A stretch of 8,304 bases of DNA from Ascoidea asiatica JCM 7603 (lineage: Eukaryota > Fungi > Ascomycota). The notes beneath the pieces were generated by a model. It was not told the origin of the DNA, did not search any database, and saw nothing but the letters and a program-made list of their open reading frames with translations. The translations under genes were made by a program, and so were the position numbers. The stretch lies in NCBI GenBank assembly GCA_001600695.1, contig BCKQ01000003.1:497426-505729 (forward strand). The letters are read 5' to 3'. Positions 1 through 6,759 of the stretch are shown here, piece after piece (position 1 is the stretch's first letter; every line of letters starts with the position of its first letter).

Positions 1-94
1 AATTTAATAAATATTATTTATAATAATCCGTGAATATTAGACTAATAGATTACTTCAATTATATCAGCTCTTTTAATCCTACCGAACATATATA

Positions 95-475
95 TTGATA
101 TTATCTGTATCAATATTTCTGATTAGCTATTTATATTGTTCATCTTCATTAATATTTTACTTTTGTTTAAATTTCAATAAAATTTAATTTCACGTATCGT
201 TAAATTTGTCTTTCTAGACTTATTTATTCAATATCAGATCTCCGATATCTTTTGTTTCATGTTAATAAATTTAACTGACAAATTATTTTCAAGCAAAACT
301 CCCAAAAATTTAACTTGTTTCACTACATTTAACCAATTGCAGTAGTTTCAAATTTTATTAAAATCATAACCTTTTTTTTTCTGCTGAACAACTTGTATTA
401 GTATCACATAAACATTTATCATAGTTAAAAGCACAATTTTCTCTAACACTTTTCTCATCCGTTTGTATGTAATAA
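95..475 (-). pseudogene. Non-LTR (LINE-type) retrotransposon reverse transcriptase fragment (end of RT core and thumb), degenerate
   Basis: The minus strand reads ...ENCAFNYDKC (FNYDKC at 429-412, resembling the RT 'lxiNxxKs' motif). After a frameshift near the T-run at 372-380 it reads NYCNWLNVVKQVKFLGVLLENNLSVKFINMKQKISEI*Y*INKSRKTNLTIREIKFY*NLNKSK (KFLGV at 311-297, the RT domain 7 'KYLG' motif). Motif spacing of about 33 aa and the downstream 'KI...W...LTxR' pattern fit L1/Tx1-like ORF2. No YADD is found upstream, so the fragment is truncated. Boundaries are approximate. Confidence 0.55.
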
Positions 476-813
476 ATTTAATTATTATTAAAAAGTTTTT
501 GGTTTATTTTGTTTATCGATAGAGAGAATTTTCAATTTTTTTGATATTAAAGATTTTTTAGTTTGTATTTTCAATGTCATTTATTCATTGTTTTCTAATT
601 TTCAATAATTTATAGTGAAATTTAAATATCCTATTCTATCCCAAATAATGTTACCACTACTTCAATTAATTCAATTAAAAATAAGACAACAAACTAATTT
701 TTTTCAAAACAATCTTTTTTATTTTGTTCATCAATTATAATATTTTCAATTTTTATTGTTTAAATTTCATTTTATCTATTATATGAAACTAAAGTTTCAA
801 TTCTTTAATTTTC

Positions 814-821
814 TGGTATCA
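814..821 (+). promoter_or_regulatory. Candidate primer-binding site (PBS) for initiator tRNA-Met
   Basis: TGGTATCA matches the first 8 nt of the classic tRNA-iMet PBS TGGTATCAGAGC, then diverges (AAAT). It lies at the transition from non-coding AT-rich DNA to the coding region, 2 nt before the ATG at 824, where a PBS is expected. Confidence 0.5.
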
Positions 822-823
822 AA

Positions 824-3800
824 ATGACTGACGGTCTTTTTGCCGGAAATTTGAATTTATCTCTAGTTGGTAAACTAAATAATGATGATTTTGAAGAATC
901 CATTCAATTTATTTTGAAGTTTGAAAACATAAATAATTCGGTTCCAGCTTCTTCTAAAATTCAGATTTTTTTATTCATCTCCGAAATAACCCTATCAGCC
1001 GTATTACACTCGAAAGAATTAAGGAAAATGAGATGAAACAGGTATATTTGTACTAGCACCAATTCTGGAAAAATATCAGCTATCCATAGATCCGGAAGAG
1101 ATGACATTCATTGAGGTTTAAACACAAAAAAGGACTGACAGAATTCAATTTTACAGAAATACTACCCTCAACAATCCTATATCTCGTAAATAGCGAAATG
1201 AATTGTTCCCCAGACAATTTATCCAATCAGCTATTAACTTAATTACAAATCACATTACTTCGGATAATGATAATTCTATCAATCAAGATAATCAAATTGC
1301 CAAGTTATGTTTTGAAATCATTAAGTCTCCTTTTAAAAATTCTGATCATCTTGATACTATTGAAGATAGAATATTCTTTTTATTGAACCATTTCAATTTA
1401 TTACTAAAGATCAATCTGATGTATATTTTTATGAAATGATATTCCCCTCAAAATGAACCTCTTTTAAACAGTTTGGAAGTGATAATATTAAAGAAAATGT
1501 AGACTTTTCTACTCAACAAAATGTCATAGAGGAGATTCAATTTCACAATGTGAAACTGCAAGTTTTAATCACCACAGCTCAGTAGAAAACGTTTGCTCTA
1601 GAAGATCCTTTAAATCAGTCAGGATCCATTACTAACTTCAAATATTGAAATGACGCTCTGAAAATTAAAAATCTATTATGGCACTAAATAGGAAAACTGT
1701 TTATTGAAATCCTTTCTTCTGATCATCAAAATTTGATTAAAGATCAAGAGACTTACATTAAATGAAGACACAAACTCTTTTGGTAAGAATGTCTGTGGAG
1801 TGATTGATAAATATTTTATAGCAACCTATTTAAGATCTGTTAATACAGATAACCATAGCTGATATAAAGATTAATTTGTTTCTTTAGTAGAAATTGATAA
1901 TGTTAAACTTCTTGTTGAGTCCAATTTAATTTTGCAACACTTATTGAAATCCAGAAACCCAGGAAAGGATAAATTAATCATTCGAATAGTGAGTATACCA
2001 AGAAATTTTACTACCCTTTTAAAATGCAAATTCAACTTCTTTAGGTTGAAATGTCATTTCATAATCCCCATCCATCAAAAGATTAAAATTATCTCCTTCA
2101 AATGATAATTCTAAACTTTAGCTCTAACTAATAAATGAAACTCAACTGGCAATAATTGCTGTTCCACTGATCATTTGAAGGGCATGTTTTTTCTTGTTTT
2201 GAAATTATGGTCCAGAAGTTTTTGCTCTTCGTTTAAAAACTACTCCTGATGATGAGCTTTGTGAATCTTATTCTGAAGGTTCGAAGATATTCACCAATAG
2301 TAAAATTTTTAAACATCATTATTTTCTTTGTCCCATATTTCTTAATTATTCAACTAAATTTCATCAAGTATTGGTTTATTATAAAATGGCTCCTCATAAA
2401 TCTTTCTTTGTTGAGTTATTAGATAAATATTTTGTTTTTCTAATGAATATTTTTGAAAGGACTACATGAACAAAAAAATGTGAAACTTTTTTGAAACAAT
2501 TTTGATTCCTTAAAGTTTCAGATATTAATAGTCCTTATAAATGTAATAGTACCATTTTTCAGCTAGATTCAATAAAAATTTGAAGAGATGTTTTGGATGA
2601 TCTTCCGGAAGGAAAATACACTTTCCTCTCTCCAAATTAAAAAAATCTTTCTTTATGACAATTATAAAAGGCAATTCAGGTGTAGTAATATTAAACTAAC
2701 TTTTGATCCTACTTTCAAATATTTAAATTTTTGAAAATTGAAAATTAAATACAATCAGAGTTCTAAAATTAGTTTTTCTTCAATTTTTTTTTAAAAAACA
2801 TGTTGTGTTACCAAAGACTTTATCTTCTTCTATCAATAAATATCTTTCTCTGGAAAATCCTTTTAAATTTTTAGGAGTTGCTATGGTCCGAAGAATAGAT
2901 GCGTTTCCTTTTTAATTTCCTGATATCAGTGAACCTATTCCCAAAATTAATATTTCTGAAAATAATTATTCTTTTAAGGTTAACGAAAAGGTTAATATTG
3001 ATGATGATATTCATTTTCAAAATTCACCTCTTCCTAAATCTACTGATATATATTATTTAACTGATGAAATTCTTACTGTAATTGATTTTAATAAAGCATA
3101 CCCATTATGAGGGAAAAAGAGTATTCAGATAGTTTTTTAAATTAAAGTTCACAGCTACTTGTAATAATAGAATGTTTAGTATTCGTGCAAAACTTAATTA
3201 CTCTTTACAGTTCCATAAAGATTTATTTGCCTTCGAGGAAAATTCAAACCGTCTCAATTTCATTCTCGATCTTGATTTTATTTTTCAGGTTTAGGTAATC
3301 AAACAGTTTACTAAAAAAAGTGAGCAAAATTATTTGAAATCTTCAAGCTAATCCTGTGTATAATTCTTTCGCTGGTTTGTAGTATTGTGTGTATGCTTGT
3401 GGAAAAATGGTTCACAATTGAGTTTCGGTCAATCCTTATGCTAATATGTTCACTGATATCTTGTTTTAACATCTAATTTATAAATTAAAACAACTTAATG
3501 CTGCAAAACACATCTTTGAAAATGGATCGAAATAGTTTAAATTATCCTATAAGCCTCCAATTGTATTTCCTGGTAAAAATGCTTCAATTTTTTGTGAAAA
3601 ATAGGTTGTAAGTTTTAACTAATTAAAAACTTCTCTTAACCATACAATTCAATGTGATGTTGTATCTAATTCAATGCTCCCTATTCTTCGCAAAAAATAT
3701 GGTAATATTATTTATACAGATGAATATAATAAATACAATACAACCAGTTCAATGTTATTTCGAATTGTTTTATGTGACCAAATTTCTATTCGAGGTAATT

Positions 3801-3975
3801 TCAATATTAAAAATCTTTCAACACAACCTAATCTTTACAATAATAATAAAACTTTTTGAACTAATCATACAATGCTAATGATAGCGACTCATTTTGTGAT
3901 TTTACATGAAGTTCCAACTCCTGTAAAAGTGTTAATAATGCTAATAAAAGCAAGAAACCTTATTACAGCATGAGG
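824..3975 (+). pseudogene. Long gag-position reading frame of the element, disrupted; product largely unrecognised
   Basis: A near-continuous chain of plus-strand frames with T/A-ending codons, joined by frameshifts: 824-1030, 1032-1400, 1400-1750, 1750-2100, 2128-2637, 2642-2790, 2790-3135, 3139-3320, 3320-3975. 'LNQSGSITNFKY*NDALKIKNLLWH' (about 1610-1684) resembles the Copia gag N-terminal 'L...NY..W...m...L...LW' motif when TGA is read as W. It includes the supplied ORFs 824-1036, 1203-1439 and 3674-3859. Confidence 0.55.
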
Positions 3976-4060
3976 GCCTTCTAACATGAATTCGTTAAAA
4001 TGTATTGATTCTATTAAACAGCCTAAACTAAATAATAACTGTGAATTGAATTTAACAAAT

Positions 4061-4340
4061 TGTTTTTCAATAGTTTTACATTCAGGTTCCGATCTCAGCG
4101 TAACCTAAAGTAGTTATATATTGCATAAGCACATATCACTTAAATGTGAAAAATTAAAACTGTTTACAATTACTCTCATTATCCTAAACGCTTAATTGGC
4201 AAACGTGATATGATTGGATATATTATAGTTAGTAATAAAATTATTAAAATCGCCTTCTCCAATCTCTACTATTCTCCTCGTGGATCTGATACTGTTTACT
4301 CCTCTTCAACATTGTCTTATTCTAGGGTTGAAAACGGTTA
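4061..4340 (+). pseudogene. Copia-type aspartic protease domain, catalytically dead
   Basis: CFSIVL-H-SGSDLSVT is the 'lDSGas.h.t' motif with GAT>CAT at 4079-4081. After a frameshift comes KIKTV...LIGKRDMIG...IKIAFSNLYYSPRGSDTVYSSSTL, matching the Copia 'G.G.v....i.l.nVlyvP.l..NLlSv..l' pattern. Confidence 0.7.
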
Positions 4341-4427
4341 AATTTGGTCTTGAATGTTAGATATGTTGAAAATAAAATCAAATTGATCATTGCTAATTGT
4401 CGGATAAACAATACTTCCACTTGTTTT

Positions 4428-5290
4428 GGAATTGGTCTTTTTAAATCTTATAATTCTTGGTCAAATAATTTCTTTCAAACAAAATTGAAACTTTAGGAGT
4501 AACACTTTAAAAAATAATTTACAATTTCATCAAAATTTCACTCATATTCCTCTCAATACCATGATAAAACTTACTAATTCTAATGCCACTAACCATAAAA
4601 ATCTTAAAATTTATAAAAATGATTTTACCTGTGATTTATATTCAAGGAATAATACTAATGATAAATTTGCATCCAAGTCAAGATTTGTTGCTGCTAAACG
4701 TAATTAAATCATTCAAGTTGATGGTTTAGGTCCTGTTATTCTTATAAGTATTCACAGGTTATAAATATATTTTTCTTATTCTGTTTAAATTTACAAACTT
4801 TATTTAAGCTAAACCGAGACAATATGAAAAACAATCTGACATATATTTAGCTGTTTATTGAAACCGATTTCCAAAAAATATTTCAATACAAAGCAAAATT
4901 TTTAATCATAGATGCAGGTGGAGAATTTGTTAGCAATTTCATTACTCAAACACTTTTCGTGGATGGAACTGATCAATTATAGATTGCTGGTTATAGAACT
5001 ATTTAAAATGAATCAGCGGCAAGAACTAATAGACCCTCGTTTTCAATCCGTAGAACGTTATTGCTATCTGGCTACCTAATTCATTATGAGAATTTGTTGT
5101 ATTTTTTCAATGGCCATACATAACAAATCATTTTATAACAATATTAATATTTCTCCTCCTGAACTGCATTATAACTATAAACCTTCCATTAATAAATTCT
5201 TTGAATTTGGTCCTCTAATTTCTTCAAAAAAAAAAGGTTTTACTCCATTACAAAGATGAAAACGTTCTAAAGAAGAAACAGGAAATTACC
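4428..5290 (+). pseudogene. Copia GAG-pre-integrase zinc finger and rve integrase core, disrupted
   Basis: GIGLF...LQFHQNFTHIP (H 4528, H 4543) ...FTCDLY (C 4630, second C>Y at 4639) ...KRN*IIQVDGLGPV (D 4720) /frameshift/ GYKYIFLILFKFTNFI*AKP ... LIIDAGGEFVSNF (D 4911) ...GYRTI*NESAARTNR (the 'QNG.AER.NR' motif, E>A at 5019) ...RTLLLSG /frameshift/ LPNSL*EFVV /frameshift/ AIHNKSFYNNINISPPELHYNYKPSINKFFEFG. All the standard Copia integrase motifs are colinear. Confidence 0.9.
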
Positions 5291-6650
5291 CTCCTGAACA
5301 TGGATTTCAGTTTCGCACATAAATTTATATGTTCATCTAATGAAAATTAATATTAGTGAGGTAATAACTCAAAACAGCACACCAAAATTATTGAAGTATT
5401 GTAACATAAGATTAAATTGGAATTAAATTGAAATTATCCCTAGCTCCCAATTCAGAAAGAAATGCAATTAATTCATTATCTGCTGATAATAAAGATTTTC
5501 AACCTCCTATAAAACTTCCATTTAAAAATTGATTACTTCGCAAATAAAGGTTATTCTCCTGGCTATAAATTTAGGATTTCATATAATGCAACTAATAATT
5601 CCTCAAAAAATATTATTTATAATAGGGGTAACTCTATACTAAACACTATTAAAAAAGATTTCAACAATAGATCTAGTTCCCCTGTTAACACGATTGCAAA
5701 TGGATCTCCAATTTCCTTCCCTCAGAAACCGTCTAAAAGTTGTTCTACTAAACAAGTCACTTTCAATTCATCTGGATCTATACAATTACAAATAAAACAT
5801 CACTAAATCAAAATAAAGCTCCTTCATAAAATTCAATTCAAAATAAAACAAATACTTTTATTATAAATTTTTGAAAAATTCAAATAATTCGATTTTTAAG
5901 GAATCAACTTCATCCCCTAATTCAGCTTTCTCAGTAATTTGTCCTGTTAAAAACGTGTCGTTCAACTCCAGCTTTGGTCCTGAAATTTTTTTTTAAGCTA
6001 AGCAAAATTCTTTCTTTAATTCGATTGAAAAAGGCAAAATGTAAATCTGAGTTGGATAATTTTAATTTTAAATTATCTAGCTAAAATTCTTTCACACGTA
6101 ATACATCTTCCTCATATGATCATTTAATATCCTCTCATAAAGTTTCTGTTTTCACCATAAATAATAATTTTGAAGCCCCGCATTCTATGAAACCTTCACC
6201 ACTGACTGAAAATTCTACTTCCACTGCTGCAAAATATATTTCAAATACAATTTGTAACCAAAATGGTTCTAGATCTTTCATAGTGTTTTTATATTTAATA
6301 AAGAATTAACCACTGTTGAGCTTAAACCGACTCTTAATTACGACACTACTTTGTTAACTGAAGTTTCCCTACTAAATTTAAAAAAAATGGTCGTTAAATA
6401 CCTATTAAATTCGGAATATAGCCGAAAAAATCTATGTACTGTATGTAATACAAACTATGAAAACACAGATAAAAATACTTGAAATTTTCAAATTCCAGAT
6501 TATCATTGAAAATGATCGTTCTCTTTTAACTGCTACTTCTCTTGAACAAAATTTTTTCAAAGATATCAATCAAATAATTTACATTAAATTGTGACTACTG
6601 CTGGAAATTTCCCTTCATTTTTCAAAATCTAATATATAAATTTTACTTAC
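5290..6650 (+). pseudogene. Ser/Asn/Pro-rich low-complexity pol linker downstream of integrase, disrupted
   Basis: Coding-like frames such as IDYFANKGYSPGYKFRISYNATNNSSKNIIYNRGNSILNTIKKDFNNRSSSPVNTIANGSPISFPQKPSKSCSTKQVTFNSSGS (about 5528-5780). Strand and codon style match the upstream pol, and the position corresponds to the variable INT-RT spacer of Copia elements. Confidence 0.5.
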
Positions 6651-6759
6651 TTACAAACTATCTACTTATCATTTAATGCGCGCTAATCGATGATGTAAAA
6701 AGAATACTAAATAAATTCAATAAAAAAATAAGCTGAAATCAATTCCGTGCATAACAATT

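Larger units (their letters stand above)
814..6650 (+). mobile_element. Degenerate, 3'-incomplete Ty1/Copia LTR retrotransposon (internal region)
   Basis: The order PBS, gag-position region, protease, integrase, with no RT between protease and integrase, is the Copia domain order. Integrase motifs are Copia-type. There are many frameshifts and stops. The right boundary is estimated from the loss of coding-like frames and the composition change near 6670-6760. Confidence 0.85.

Noticed and set aside
3654-3878. Supplied 74-aa ORF in frame +3
   Set aside because: It is a shadow frame of the +2 frame, which runs on into the protease motif.
824-5290. Mycoplasma/Spiroplasma or mitochondrial origin to explain UGA=Trp
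   Set aside because: Copia and LINE relics are typical of eukaryotic nuclear DNA, and no bacterial or organellar gene is visible. This is not strictly excluded without the flanking contig.
6440-6450. TGTATGTAATA identical to 464-474, a possible start of a 3' LTR
   Set aside because: The downstream sequences share only scattered AT-rich words with inconsistent offsets, and no polypurine tract precedes it. An 11-mer match is unremarkable at this AT content.
824-6650. Classic fungal RIP as the cause of the stops
   Set aside because: CpA>TpA RIP would turn TGG into TAG and deplete CA/TG, but CAA, TCA and TGA remain abundant and the Trp positions are TGA.
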